A model generated the notes under the pieces. The model was not told the origin of the DNA. It saw only the letters and a list, made by a program, of their open reading frames with translations, and searched no databases. This document shows positions 1 through 10,367 of a stretch of DNA of 64,000 bases, one piece after another. The translations under genes and the position numbers were made by a program. Every line of letters begins with the position of its first letter. The first letter of the stretch is position 1. The stretch comes from Cyanobacteria bacterium P01_A01_bin.123 (GTDB taxonomy: Bacteria; Cyanobacteriota; Cyanobacteriia; Phormidesmidales; Phormidesmidaceae): contig JBCBZT010000030.1 of assembly GCA_039815185.1 (NCBI GenBank), positions 37,477-101,476 on the forward strand. The letters are read 5' to 3'.

Positions 1-1
1 A

Positions 2-571
2 GTCGATGCCCCCACTTTGATCCCCAACCAAACTGGTATGCGGTTGCCTGATCGCTTAGCCCATAGGCATTTTGGCCGCTATCATGCGGGTTGCTATCCG
101 GCCAATCTCAATCTCCCCTTCGCCCAGCGCACGGTTCAGTTTGGTCTTAGCTTGGAAAAACGGGGATTTCAACACGCACCAGAGATTGAACCAGGTCGTT
201 TGGGGCGTTATCAAATGGAAATTTTTCCGCACCCGGCAACGATCCATCTATTTGGGTTAGCGCGTATTTTGAAGTACAAAAAAGGCACCTTGGCCCAGCG
301 TTATCCTGAACTGCTGAAGCTGAGACAGTTTTGCTTGAGCCATCTACCTAAACACAACCCCGCCCTCCTGCTGCACGCCGAGCAACTCCCCTTACCTGAA
401 CGCACGGGCAAAGCCATGAAAGCGGCAGAAGACCAACTCGATAGTCTGATCTGTGCCTACGTAGCCGCCCACTGGTGGTATTGGGGCACGGCAAAAAACT
501 GGGTTTTGGGCGATCGCGAGGCCGGCTACATTATCGTTCCAGCCCCCATAGATATTGCCCCGACCCCATAG
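2..571 (+). CDS. DUF429-family predicted nuclease (RNase H-like fold), 5'-truncated by window edge
   Basis: Frame is open from base 2 (VDAPTLIPNQTGMR); motifs EIFPHPA, LKYKKG and EDQLDSLICAY typical of DUF429. Confidence 0.8.
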   Translation, partial: VDAPTLIPNQTGMRLPDRLAHRHFGRYHAGCYPANLNLPFAQRTVQFGLSLEKRGFQHAPEIEPGRLGRYQMEIFPHPATIHLFGLARILKYKKGTLAQRYPELLKLRQFCLSHLPKHNPALLLHAEQLPLPERTGKAMKAAEDQLDSLICAYVAAHWWYWGTAKNWVLGDREAGYIIVPAPIDIAPTP

Positions 572-602
572 TAGTAAGCAGAGAAGAGAGGCATGACCCA
601 CA

Positions 603-791
603 ATGCAATCTACGGCTGAATTCTACTGCGCCTTTTGCGGCGAACCCAACACCACTTTTGTTGACCTCTCTGCTGGGTCAAGCCAGTCATATATTGAAGA
701 CTGTCAGGTCTGCTGCCGCCCAAATCAGCTTTTCCTCACGTTGGATGAAGAAACGCTAGAGGTCGAGATTACGACCGACTATGCGGGATGA
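603..791 (+). CDS. CPXCG-motif small cysteine-rich (zinc-ribbon) protein
   Basis: CAFCGE ... YIEDCQVCCRP. Confidence 0.85.
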   Translation: MQSTAEFYCAFCGEPNTTFVDLSAGSSQSYIEDCQVCCRPNQLFLTLDEETLEVEITTDYAG

Positions 792-872
792 TGAGCAAAT
801 TTTAGATTTTAGATTGGCGAATTTGGCTTGTAGCTGGCTTTCGAAAATCCAAAATTGACCGCGATCGCCCCC

Positions 873-1697
873 TTAAAGATCACCCAACAAAGATAACTGC
901 TTTCCCTGACGTTCCCAAAAAATGCGCTCCACATCGCCACGACGGTAGAGCGGGGTTTGGCCACGGCGGGAAAATCGAACTTCGATGTCAGCTGCCTTGA
1001 AGAGTTCAAATGCCTGATTTTTTTTACAGGTCAGCAGTGCTGCAGCATCTCTGAGACGGATCCACTGACGACTGAAATGCTTGAGTAATTGGGCATCCGG
1101 TTCAGTTTGAATGCGTTCAAGCAGCATTTTAGCAACATACCAGCAGGCCAGCGTGTCAGCCTCAGCTCGGTGGGAGGTCTCAACTGAAAAGCCAAAATGT
1201 TTGACCAAATCAGGCAAACTGCGAGAGGGCAAATCGGCCAGCAACAAGCGAGACAGCAGTACCGTGCAAAACCGTTGTCGACTGGGGCGTGAAAAGAATT
1301 CCCCTTGATGCTGATATTCAGCTTTCACAAACCCGTAATCAAATTCCAAATTGTGTGCGGTCAGAACGCCTGTTTTCAACAGCGGTAGGTAGCGGGGCCA
1401 AACGGTTTTAGCGTCTGGTGCTGGCGCGACCATTTCTGGCGTAATCCCAGTCAGGCGAGTGATTTGCCGGGGTACGGTGACCCCAGGATTAATCAGGTCA
1501 GTCTGCTGATGTAGAATGCCGTCTGCCAGGCTGGCTTGAAGTAGAGAAATCTCGAGGACACGGGCATTATGGGCCAAGGAGCCCGTGGTCTCAACATCAA
1601 TCACGGTGAGCTGAGATTGGCTAACCTGGCGGTAGTACGTCAGCAGGTCAGTCGAGAGTAGGGCAGATTGTCCGGAATAGGTGGCAGCAGAAACCAT
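873..1697 (-). CDS. DEDDh 3'-5' exonuclease (DnaQ-like) with C-terminal HTH-like extension
   Basis: ExoI IDVETTG, ExoII AHNLEFD, ExoIII HRAEAD; about 50-aa tail WIRLRDAAALL...PLYRRGDVE. Confidence 0.85.
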   Translation of the reverse strand: MVSAATYSGQSALLSTDLLTYYRQVSQSQLTVIDVETTGSLAHNARVLEISLLQASLADGILHQQTDLINPGVTVPRQITRLTGITPEMVAPAPDAKTVWPRYLPLLKTGVLTAHNLEFDYGFVKAEYQHQGEFFSRPSRQRFCTVLLSRLLLADLPSRSLPDLVKHFGFSVETSHRAEADTLACWYVAKMLLERIQTEPDAQLLKHFSRQWIRLRDAAALLTCKKNQAFELFKAADIEVRFSRRGQTPLYRRGDVERIFWERQGKQLSLLGDL

Positions 1698-1703
1698 AGT
1701 GTT

Positions 1704-2246
1704 TCAACTATGGCGGATCGATGGCGCGGCAGCAAGTTGCTGGCTGGCCTGTCGAATAGTCTCAATATCAGCTGTATCCCAAGGGCGAGGTTGGCTGTGG
1801 TGAGCGACTAATAGGCCCCAAAGCCCCTGCTCGGTGATCACGGGCGCAACCAGATTGGCCTGCACCGCAATACTTTGCAAAAACTCGGTGTGACAGGGAT
1901 GGATATTGGCTTGCTTAATATCTGCGATCGCGTTGATCCGGCCCTTTAAATAGAGGTCGGCGTAATCTTGGTTAAAGCAGTCATCGGCACCTGTGGAACC
2001 AAAAATAGACAGCTGGGGTTGACTGAGCGATTCGTAAACAACCTGACCCCGCCACCGCCGATAAAAGTAGTAGACAACCACCCGGTCTACCTGAAAGGTT
2101 TCTCGCAGGCCAGCTACGATTTGCTGCACCAAGCGATCGCGCTCCATCGTATTGGAGAGCCGCCGGAAGACTTGTCGCAGTCCTGGATCAGGAGAAGAGG
2201 AGAGGTTAGAGCCTGGGTTAAGCACAGGGGAATAGGCGATCAACAA
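1704..2246 (-). CDS. Stand-alone cyanobacteriochrome-type GAF protein (DXCF subfamily candidate)
   Basis: DRVVVYYF, DDCF, HPCH, LWGLLVAHH, PRPW motifs; no output domain. Confidence 0.8.
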   Translation of the reverse strand: MLIAYSPVLNPGSNLSSSPDPGLRQVFRRLSNTMERDRLVQQIVAGLRETFQVDRVVVYYFYRRWRGQVVYESLSQPQLSIFGSTGADDCFNQDYADLYLKGRINAIADIKQANIHPCHTEFLQSIAVQANLVAPVITEQGLWGLLVAHHSQPRPWDTADIETIRQASQQLAAAPSIRHS

Positions 2247-2379
2247 TGGACAGCGCAGGCATTGAGATCAAGGCAGACACTCAACCACAGCTTGACGCAG
2301 ATAAATAATTGAGACACTACTAAAGGTAATGTAATTTTTTGCAAAACCTGGATCACTTTGGATTTCATTTAGAAATGCG

Positions 2380-2853
2380 ATGCCTAAACCAAAACTTGCC
2401 ACATTTGGAGCCGGATGTTTTTGGGGGGTAGAAGCAACTTTTAGCGCCCTTAAAGGCGTGACCAAAACCTCTGTCGGCTACATGGGCGGCCATTTTGAAA
2501 ACCCTTGCTATCTCGATGTCCTCTCTCGCATTACGGGCCATGCGGAGGTTGCCCAAGTGGAATATGACCCTGCGCAGGTGAGCTATGATGACCTCCTCAC
2601 AGTATTTTGGCGGATTCATGACCCGACTAGTTTGAATCGTCAAGGGGGCGATCGCGGTGAGCAATATCGTTCAGTCATCTTCTGCCACTCTCCGGAACAG
2701 CAGCAATTAGCCCAGGCGTCTAAAGCTAAGTTGGAAGCTGCGGGGCACTATGACAGACCCATTGTGACGCAGATTGAAGCGGCGTCAGCTTATTGGTTAG
2801 CGTCGGAAGAGCATCAGCAGTATTTGGCCAAACATACGCGACAAAGGGTTTAA
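2380..2853 (+). CDS. msrA: Peptide methionine (S)-sulfoxide reductase
   Basis: GCFWG catalytic motif, TGHAEV, HDPT..NRQG.D.G.QYRS. Confidence 0.95.
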   Translation: MPKPKLATFGAGCFWGVEATFSALKGVTKTSVGYMGGHFENPCYLDVLSRITGHAEVAQVEYDPAQVSYDDLLTVFWRIHDPTSLNRQGGDRGEQYRSVIFCHSPEQQQLAQASKAKLEAAGHYDRPIVTQIEAASAYWLASEEHQQYLAKHTRQRV

Positions 2854-2984
2854 AAGGAAAAAGCAAGATAGTGACATTCGCAACGGCTGCTAACCGATCA
2901 AGACAGCCTGTAGGTTATCCGAAAACCAGTCTCAAAGTCTTGATTCCTGAAGTAGCCCCCCCGTGATACTTACTTTGCCCACCG

Positions 2985-4712
2985 ATGAATTTACCTAAGC
3001 AATCACCTGTTTTCATTCCCTGCTTGATCCTCAGCGTCTTCATTGGGATTGTGATCCGATTTGTGTTTCTCACTCACCATGAGCTTTGGTACGACGAGGT
3101 GCTCTCTATGTTGCTGTCATCCGGACAGCGGACCGCCTTCAAAAGTCCAGAGGCGGTTCCCATTGCCATCAAGGAGTACACTCGCCTGCTGAGCATTCCG
3201 ATGGATACGGGGCTAGTGGAGACCCTTAAAAACCTGCTCAAAGGCACCCTTGGCGATCCCCATCCCCCTCTGTTTTATCTGGGGCAGCATCTATGGATGC
3301 GGGGGCTGGGCAATGGGGTGGCGGCTATGCGTAGCCTGGTGGTGCTCAGCAGTTTGGCGGCGATCGCAGGCAGCTACGGGCTGGGAAAACTGCTGCTGGG
3401 CCGCCAGGGGGGCTGGCTACTAGCGGCCCTCATGACTCTCAACCCCTTCTTTCTATCCCATTCACTCAACTTGAGAATGTATACCCTACTGGTGCTTTGG
3501 GTGGTGTTGAGTGAGTGGAGTTTGCTGGCCCTGATCAAGCTTGACAAAACCCATGATCGGCAAGCAGATCTGCAAATGGGAAATTCACAACTCAATCACC
3601 CCCTTGCATTGAAAACCTTTGCTGCCATAGGGACGCAACGCTATCTGCTGATGGCGGCCCTAGCGCTCTGTGTCACGGCGGGGCTGATGTCGCAGTATCT
3701 GTTTGCCTACATGCTTTTAGCGCTGGCGGTGTTGGTGCTCGTCATAGGGGGACGACACTGGTTGCAGTATGGGCTCACCCTCACGGTTGGGGTCGTCCTG
3801 ACCCTACCCTGGGTTTTCTGGGGGACTCGACAGCAGGCCAATAACCGCAGCGATGTGCTCAACCAAATCTCTGAAGCCGGTAGCTGGTTGACGACCAGCT
3901 ATCGACATTTGCAAGATATTTCTCAAACCCTAGCCAATCACCTGCTCCTGGGCCATTGGAGCACCGGGTTTTCTCCCCTCGACGCCTCGATTAAGCCGAC
4001 CGCCGTGGTGGCGGGGTTTGGGGTGATGCTCTTTTTATTGATGTGTTTAATTGGCCTCTACCGCCAGCAGGAATATTATCTGCTCACAGTGGGGTTTATC
4101 TTGGGCATATTGCCCCTGTTGATTGCTTTAGGGCTGGATATTGCCACCCATAAATTTACGGTCGGGTTTGGCTGGGGGCGCTCTGTGATTGTGGCCCTCC
4201 CCGGCTGTTTGTTGCTGATTGCCAGCTGGTTATCGCGGGCAACGGGGCGCTGGCAGATGCCGTTGAGTTTGGCGCTGCTGAGCCTATATCTAGCCGTGGG
4301 GATAGGCGACTTTACCCTGCGCGATCGTCACATGTTCCACACCGTCAATAATTGGGTCACCGCCGCCCCCAACCAATCAACCCTGGTCGTGATGAACTCC
4401 ATGGCCTGGGGCAATGTGCTAAGACTGAGCTACTATATCGACCCTGACTATCCAGCCGATATGCTGGCGACCCACCCCAAAGATCTACCCTATGCCTTAC
4501 CCCAGGCTCTCCAGGGTAACTACAATCGGGTGCTCTGGCTCAATGCCCAGAACCCGGTGTGGTCGGCTGCCGACACCGAAGCCGAGACGCAACAAATTCA
4601 GCAGGCGGTCGAAACCACTCTGGCTAGCCGTTGCCAGCTGAGCCAGCATCAGCCCCTCAGCGGTACCATGGACATCGATGCCTTTGAGCTAAGCCTGTAT
4701 GAGTGCGATTAA
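2985..4712 (+). CDS. Membrane glycosyltransferase, GT39/PMT-ArnT-like
   Basis: LWYDE, DPHPPLFY, LRMYTL; multiple TM segments. Confidence 0.8.
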   Translation: MNLPKQSPVFIPCLILSVFIGIVIRFVFLTHHELWYDEVLSMLLSSGQRTAFKSPEAVPIAIKEYTRLLSIPMDTGLVETLKNLLKGTLGDPHPPLFYLGQHLWMRGLGNGVAAMRSLVVLSSLAAIAGSYGLGKLLLGRQGGWLLAALMTLNPFFLSHSLNLRMYTLLVLWVVLSEWSLLALIKLDKTHDRQADLQMGNSQLNHPLALKTFAAIGTQRYLLMAALALCVTAGLMSQYLFAYMLLALAVLVLVIGGRHWLQYGLTLTVGVVLTLPWVFWGTRQQANNRSDVLNQISEAGSWLTTSYRHLQDISQTLANHLLLGHWSTGFSPLDASIKPTAVVAGFGVMLFLLMCLIGLYRQQEYYLLTVGFILGILPLLIALGLDIATHKFTVGFGWGRSVIVALPGCLLLIASWLSRATGRWQMPLSLALLSLYLAVGIGDFTLRDRHMFHTVNNWVTAAPNQSTLVVMNSMAWGNVLRLSYYIDPDYPADMLATHPKDLPYALPQALQGNYNRVLWLNAQNPVWSAADTEAETQQIQQAVETTLASRCQLSQHQPLSGTMDIDAFELSLYECD

Positions 4713-4713
4713 A

Positions 4714-5898
4714 TTACGCACTAGATAAGCGCTTCATCGCTTTACCGCCAATGCGGCGATCGATCTCCACTAACAACTGCGGAATCTTGTCCGCATGGGG
4801 ACTTTGAGCCAGACATTGACTGAGGTCGACCTGACCCACAGTATCCGCTTTCTGACCCGGAAACCAGTGGCCCCCGTTGCCCAACATGTTGTATCGGGCT
4901 TGGACATACTCCTCCATGTCGAAGGCTTCCAGCAAGTTATGTAGCCAAAGAATAATCGGAATATTAATGTTGCCAGGCGTTTCCTCCGGAGTGGGTAGCC
5001 CCACCTTCCAGGTTTTCAGCCAGTGTTGCCCCAAACGCGCGATCGCAGCCTGTTCTAACCGCTCCAAAATCGGCGGCAAAATATCTTGAGCTTGGTCGAG
5101 CAAGGGCAGCGTTTTCAAGTAGTGCTCATCAAAGTCAGTCGGGCGGGCAGCACCGAGGCTAAGCGTATGCACCTGCGGATGACTCAGGCAAAACAAATCG
5201 TTGAACACCATCGGGCTTAGCGGCGCACACAACTCCACTAGCGTTTTGGATGGGTTGTACAGATGTCCCCCCTTATCAGTCGGGCTAATGATAAAGACCC
5301 CCATATCGTGCTGCTGAGCAGCCGCGATCGCAGGCCAGTTATCTTGATTAATGTAATACCAATGCAAGTTCACATAGTCGAATTGATCAGTCGCGATCGC
5401 GGCTTGAATCACCCAGGTCGGCCCATGGGTTGAGAACCCAATAAACCGCACCCGTCCCTGCCGTTGAAACTCACGGGCGACCTCAAGGCACCCGCCAGGG
5501 CGTACCGTGTTGTCCAGAATTTCGGTTGTATTGATGCCGTGCATACCCAGCAGATCAATATGATCGAGCTTTAGATTCTTCAGGGACTGCTCTAGAGTTT
5601 TACGAAACTCCTGCGGGTCAGGCTTGGGCGACACTTTCGTTTGCACGATGATCTGATCGCGGGGTAGCTTCGGCAAAACTTGTCCGAGCTGCACTTCTGA
5701 TGTGCCATACCCCCGCGCCGTTTCAATGTGATTAATGCCCACCTCTAAAGCCCGGTGGATCGTCGCCTCCAGATTTTGCTGATTTTTGGCTGGAATCTGC
5801 CAGCGCGGCACATCTTTCCAAGCATGTTGATAGCGCATTCCCCCGCAGGAGAAGACAGGCATTTGCAGTTCCGTACGACCAAACCGTCGGTATTGCAT
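4714..5898 (-). CDS. Aldo/keto reductase family protein
   Basis: MQYRRFGRTEL, GINHIETARGYGTSE, RFIGFSTHG. Confidence 0.9.
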   Translation of the reverse strand: MQYRRFGRTELQMPVFSCGGMRYQHAWKDVPRWQIPAKNQQNLEATIHRALEVGINHIETARGYGTSEVQLGQVLPKLPRDQIIVQTKVSPKPDPQEFRKTLEQSLKNLKLDHIDLLGMHGINTTEILDNTVRPGGCLEVAREFQRQGRVRFIGFSTHGPTWVIQAAIATDQFDYVNLHWYYINQDNWPAIAAAQQHDMGVFIISPTDKGGHLYNPSKTLVELCAPLSPMVFNDLFCLSHPQVHTLSLGAARPTDFDEHYLKTLPLLDQAQDILPPILERLEQAAIARLGQHWLKTWKVGLPTPEETPGNINIPIILWLHNLLEAFDMEEYVQARYNMLGNGGHWFPGQKADTVGQVDLSQCLAQSPHADKIPQLLVEIDRRIGGKAMKRLSSA

Positions 5899-6219
5899 CG
5901 GCAGTATTTTGCTAAGTTACGACGACTAAACTTCTCCTACCATATCCAAAATCTTGTTTTATGCTCAGCGGTTGGCAGCAGAGGATTCTGGCAAGATTCG
6001 CCCCCGTATGACCTAACAAACTGGGATAATCCCGCTAAGCAATTGCTTAGCGGGATTGAATCATATCTGCGACAGGGCATTTGTAGTTTGTCGACAGTAA
6101 CCCTGGTTAAACCCTCCACCCCTCTCAAGGCATCAAAACCCTACTGGAGTTTTAGGACGCTGAGCAGGCTATGTTTCAACCTAAAATATAAGGAGTCGTA
6201 TATCCAGGACATTCGCCTT

Positions 6220-6435
6220 ATGACTGTTGAAACCATCGGAACCCCGCCCCCCGAAGCCGATCAGCTGCGGGCTGAGATCGAAAAGCAATTGCCAGATATC
6301 ATTGCCAGCTTTAGCCAAACGCTACAAGAGCAATTCGGCTTCGAAGGCCTTCGAGTGGGCGGATTCACCATCGTCCCCGCAAAAGCCGCTTCTGAGAGCA
6401 TATCCTGCGATGAAGAAGGCTGTTCGGTTAGTTAA
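6220..6435 (+). CDS. Small hypothetical protein (71 aa) ending in SCDEEGCSVS
   Basis: ATG at 6220 inside the 5755..6435 ORF; protein-like composition from MTVETIG onward. Confidence 0.55.
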   Translation: MTVETIGTPPPEADQLRAEIEKQLPDIIASFSQTLQEQFGFEGLRVGGFTIVPAKAASESISCDEEGCSVS

Positions 6436-6448
6436 TCGCCAGTTAAGG

Positions 6449-6976
6449 TTAATTGCTGAGTACCCCTGGCCAGTTTTCATCAGCTTTGGCGATATTACCG
6501 GGAATATCTTTGGCCCAACGCTCTTGAATCCTGGCATCGTAATTCAGGTATAGCGAACCATCTACAATTTTCCAGGCTGTGGGGTCAATGGGTGCTGTAT
6601 TACCCTGACTAACTGCCCAAGCGCAAAAACCGCCGTACTTTGGCGCATACAGTTCTGGATCGCTGGCAAACAGATCACGGTTTTCGGCACTTGAGAAATG
6701 CCAAGTTGCATTCATCCACTCATGGGTAAATTCTGAGCTACCGACAACGTAAGCTTCTTCGGTAAAGTAGGCTACTGGATCAGCCCCTTTGATCGCCACC
6801 CCATCTTCGACATAAACGCTGACAGGTTCAGCCGCCGTTTCTGCTGCCGGGGTTTCTGTCGCTGAAGTATCGGTAGCAGACGGGCCACTAGACGGCGCAC
6901 ACCCGACAATTAAGCCAGCACTCAGGGTGACCCCAAATAAAGCGATCGCGAGTTTAGAACGAACCATTTTAGACAC
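6449..6976 (-). CDS. YHS-domain lipoprotein
   Basis: Lipobox LIVGC; GADPVAYF, WHFSSAENRDLF..P..YAP.YGGFCAW. Confidence 0.85.
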   Translation of the reverse strand: MSKMVRSKLAIALFGVTLSAGLIVGCAPSSGPSATDTSATETPAAETAAEPVSVYVEDGVAIKGADPVAYFTEEAYVVGSSEFTHEWMNATWHFSSAENRDLFASDPELYAPKYGGFCAWAVSQGNTAPIDPTAWKIVDGSLYLNYDARIQERWAKDIPGNIAKADENWPGVLSN

Positions 6977-7325
6977 CTCTCAATCAATACCTTGGGTTAC
7001 ATTGCTCGTTTTATAGTTTTAGCCGCAGTGCTCAAGATACCCAGTATCGCCAAACTGCTGACGGCAGCTATGGCTCATTCAAGCAGAACAGTCTGAGGTA
7101 AGGCTGAGAATTACCTGGGTGAGACCAACAAACCCTGAGAACCGAACGTCAATCACTGCATCTAGGGGATGGACAAAGGAAGTGGTCTGCATGTAGTGTG
7201 TCGTTTTATAAAGAAAAGCTTTAAATGGTCGCTTAATTTCTGAGAAATGAGTTTAATCTTTCGGAATTGGTGAGTGTTCCCCTGAACTATGTCACTAGCT
7301 CACCCAGTGCAGTGAAAGAAAACCC

Positions 7326-7535
7326 ATGTTTGAACCCATCCTTGCTGGAATCGTCGTCTTTGTCCTGTTTGTCTTTTCCGTAGATGTCTTCACCGCACCC
7401 AAGGGAAAACCTGATAATATCCCGCTACCTGAGTGGCTGTTTACCGAGAAGCGTAAGCAAGACAGCGCTGAAGAGAAATTTGGTAAAGCCGTCAAATCAC
7501 TCATTACGGACGCTATCAAAGATGCCAAAAAATGA
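7326..7535 (+). CDS. Small single-TM hypothetical protein
   Basis: N-terminal hydrophobic helix, charged tail; followed by hairpin cctgtc-taat-gacagg. Confidence 0.6.
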   Translation: MFEPILAGIVVFVLFVFSVDVFTAPKGKPDNIPLPEWLFTEKRKQDSAEEKFGKAVKSLITDAIKDAKK

Positions 7536-7762
7536 AGCCCCATAGGCAGTCCTGTCTAATGACAGGGAATGTCTTTGCTGCGGTTGTTCGCCCTCTGGTG
7601 GAACATGTCAGGGTAGAAACCGAGCATCATCTCAGCATTTCCGCTGCGTCAGCTTGGCAACTGTCAGCCTAGACTGGGTACTCTAACCTAGATTGTGCCA
7701 TCCTGTTTCCAAGTAAATCCGCATAGCGGCTGACTAGCGTCTACCAACGTCTAAAAATTGCC

Positions 7763-8620
7763 ATGACGATTGATAACTTTGCCATCATCATTGGTTCAAT
7801 GAAATGCGGTACGACGTATTTATTTAACTATCTATCGCAGCATCCAGAGATCGCCCCTTGTGAACCCAAGGAGCCAGAATTTTTCACTATTCATCACGAG
7901 CAGGGGTTCGAGTGGTACGAGTCTTTGTTTCAGTTTGATCCAGCCATTCATAAAGTTGCCCTAGAAGGATCAACGGGCTATACCAAATACCCGTATTGGT
8001 ATCCCAATGCGGCTGCGAAGCTGCAAGATGCCCATATTCAAGCCAAGTTCATCTACGTTGTACGCGATCCGATTGAGCGGGTTGAGTCCCACTATAACTT
8101 TGGTATCGTCCATGGCTGGAGCCGCGATCGCAATATTTTAGACGACAACGCCATCCACTGCTCAATGTACGCCAAGCAACTCGACGAATACGTCAAACGG
8201 TTTCCCAAAGACGACATTTTGATTTTAAATTTTGACGATATCAAGGCTGATATGGCAGGCGTGGCCAACCGAGTGTTTCGGTTTTTAGGCCTCCACGAAC
8301 TCAACCTCAAGCAGTTCCAAGAGGTTAAAACTTCGGATAGAAACTACACTGCTGAGCAAAGTGCTGAATCTGACTTTTATTACCAGCTAAAGCAAACAAT
8401 CCGGATCAAAGGTCTCTATCAGAAACTACTTCCCCACACAGTCCGAACCGCGATCAATAGTCTGTTCAAACGCAAGCTCAAGGACAAAAAACAGCTAAAT
8501 CTAGCCGAGAAGCAGCAGTTGGTTGAACATCTGCGCGACGATCTGATTCGGCTGAGGGACGACTATCAAGTTGACATTAGTGGTTGGTCGATTACGCCAT
8601 TACTTGAACTCAGGCGTTAG
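7763..8620 (+). CDS. PAPS-dependent sulfotransferase
   Basis: IIGSMKCGTT 5'-PSB loop, KEPEFF, RDPIERVES 3'-PB motif. Confidence 0.9.
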   Translation: MTIDNFAIIIGSMKCGTTYLFNYLSQHPEIAPCEPKEPEFFTIHHEQGFEWYESLFQFDPAIHKVALEGSTGYTKYPYWYPNAAAKLQDAHIQAKFIYVVRDPIERVESHYNFGIVHGWSRDRNILDDNAIHCSMYAKQLDEYVKRFPKDDILILNFDDIKADMAGVANRVFRFLGLHELNLKQFQEVKTSDRNYTAEQSAESDFYYQLKQTIRIKGLYQKLLPHTVRTAINSLFKRKLKDKKQLNLAEKQQLVEHLRDDLIRLRDDYQVDISGWSITPLLELRR

Positions 8621-8690
8621 GAGACATAGCACTAGCTCAGCCTATTTCCCTCAAATCAGGCCATTCATCCTGTATTCTGGCTCCTGACGT

Positions 8691-10076
8691 CTAATTTTCA
8701 ACCTTCCCTGCCAAATGATAAGTCCTCATCTGCCCTTTGCCCTTGATCGTGACTTCTCCAGCAGGGGTGAAATAGTATTTGTGCTTTAAGCGTTGATAGG
8801 TGGTCTCAGTAACCTGAATTTTGCCAGGAACCCCTTGGGATTCCATGCGGCTGGCAACATTGACAGCATCCCCCCAAAGGTCGTAACTAAATTTCTTGAT
8901 GCCAATCACCCCGGCAACTACGGCCCCCGTGTTGATGCCGATACGCAGTTGAAGTGGCTGCCCATCGGCGCGCGTAAAGGTTTGGATGGCGGCTTGCATC
9001 GCGATCGCCATGTTTATGACCGCCTCAATGTGATTGTCATTAGGCACCGGTAAACCACCCACCACCATATAGGCATCTCCAATGGTTTTAATTTTCTCTA
9101 GGCCATGTTCTTCAGCCAAACGATCAAAGGTAGAAAAGATTTGATTCAGCAGTTGAACTAACTCCAAAGGCGTGACCTGTGCAGCCAAGGGCGTGAAGTT
9201 CACAATATCGGCAAACAAAATTGTGGCATCATCAAAGCGTTCGGCCAAGGATCCTTGGAACTGCTTTAGTTGGTCAACCACTGCCTGGGGCAGGATGTTG
9301 AGTAGCAGCTTCTCAGACTTGTATTTTTCTCGACGCAGTGCTTTTTCAGCATGTTTGCGTTCGTGAATTTCTTTTTGCAGCCGTTCGTTTTGCGCCTTCA
9401 AACGCGTTGCTTGGCGGTGCAGCATCCGCTGTAAATCAGCCAGCAGTGGCATTTGTCCTTTTGAGGCTAAGGCACGTTTGGTTTGGAGCTTCAGCCGTTG
9501 TTGCAGTCGGTACATTGTCACTTGGTTCGCAACTCGCGCCTGTACCTCTTCAAACCAAAAGGGTTTAGTAATGTAATCAGCACCCCCCACAGAAAAGGCC
9601 TTGAGCTTATCCTGGCGTTCGTCAGACACGCTAATGAAAATAATCGGAATCGCCCGCAACTCTACGTTGGCTTTGAGTTGCTGGCATATTGTGTAACCGC
9701 TGACCCCGATCAGATTGATATCAAGCAGAATCAGGTCGGGACGGATTCGCTGCACCGTAGACTCAATCTGATGAGCCCCCTGCATACAATGAACCTGATA
9801 TCCCGACATAGACAGAAACTCTGATAGCAATTTCAGGGTTTCTAAGGAATCATCAACGATCAGCAGTTTTCCTTTGGCGGCTTCGGTGCGGTCACTGTCC
9901 ATTTTGGAAGACATGGGGCTGGACATGTGCTCAGAAAATATCCCATTAGCAGCTTGGGACGGCTGAATAACAGGCTTAAGCAGGTTTGCCGAAGCTACAG
10001 TGGAATCCTGAGTGTCTGAACCTTTAGCAACTGGACGATGCTCCCTGAATACTTTCATGCTTCCTAGATTATGCAC
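8691..10076 (-). CDS. Response regulator receiver + class III adenylate/guanylate cyclase (start may be downstream of 10076)
   Basis: LLIVDD/PDLILLD/KPF receiver; ILFADIVNFT, KIKTIGDAYM, YDLWGDAVNVASRMES. Confidence 0.92.
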   Translation of the reverse strand: MHNLGSMKVFREHRPVAKGSDTQDSTVASANLLKPVIQPSQAANGIFSEHMSSPMSSKMDSDRTEAAKGKLLIVDDSLETLKLLSEFLSMSGYQVHCMQGAHQIESTVQRIRPDLILLDINLIGVSGYTICQQLKANVELRAIPIIFISVSDERQDKLKAFSVGGADYITKPFWFEEVQARVANQVTMYRLQQRLKLQTKRALASKGQMPLLADLQRMLHRQATRLKAQNERLQKEIHERKHAEKALRREKYKSEKLLLNILPQAVVDQLKQFQGSLAERFDDATILFADIVNFTPLAAQVTPLELVQLLNQIFSTFDRLAEEHGLEKIKTIGDAYMVVGGLPVPNDNHIEAVINMAIAMQAAIQTFTRADGQPLQLRIGINTGAVVAGVIGIKKFSYDLWGDAVNVASRMESQGVPGKIQVTETTYQRLKHKYYFTPAGEVTIKGKGQMRTYHLAGKVEN

Positions 10077-10367
10077 CTAATGATCCGCAATTAATTTAAG
10101 GCACGGCTTTAGCCTTCCTTTACTTACATCAGCAACGATAAAGAATCCGGATTCAGACGAATCAGCACCGGGTGAAGGAATTTTTAACACAAGGTACACT
10201 GGCTAAGCGGCCTGTTTGAATAAGTTTGCCCGTGGATCGGTTCAAGGTGATCGTCCTGCTACTGCTATCCGTAGATAACTGTGGTAACTGTCAATAACCT
10301 GTGCAATTCGCTAAAACCCTGATGGAAGCAGCTATGGGAGACAGAATAATGGGTATACGCTTAATTT

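Noticed and set aside
5755..6219. N-terminal 155 aa of the 226-aa ORF
   Set aside because: Overlaps the aldo/keto reductase start on the opposite strand and reads non-protein-like; the likely start is 6220
6449..6976. Selenoprotein
   Set aside because: The GGFCAW position is Cys with no in-frame TGA
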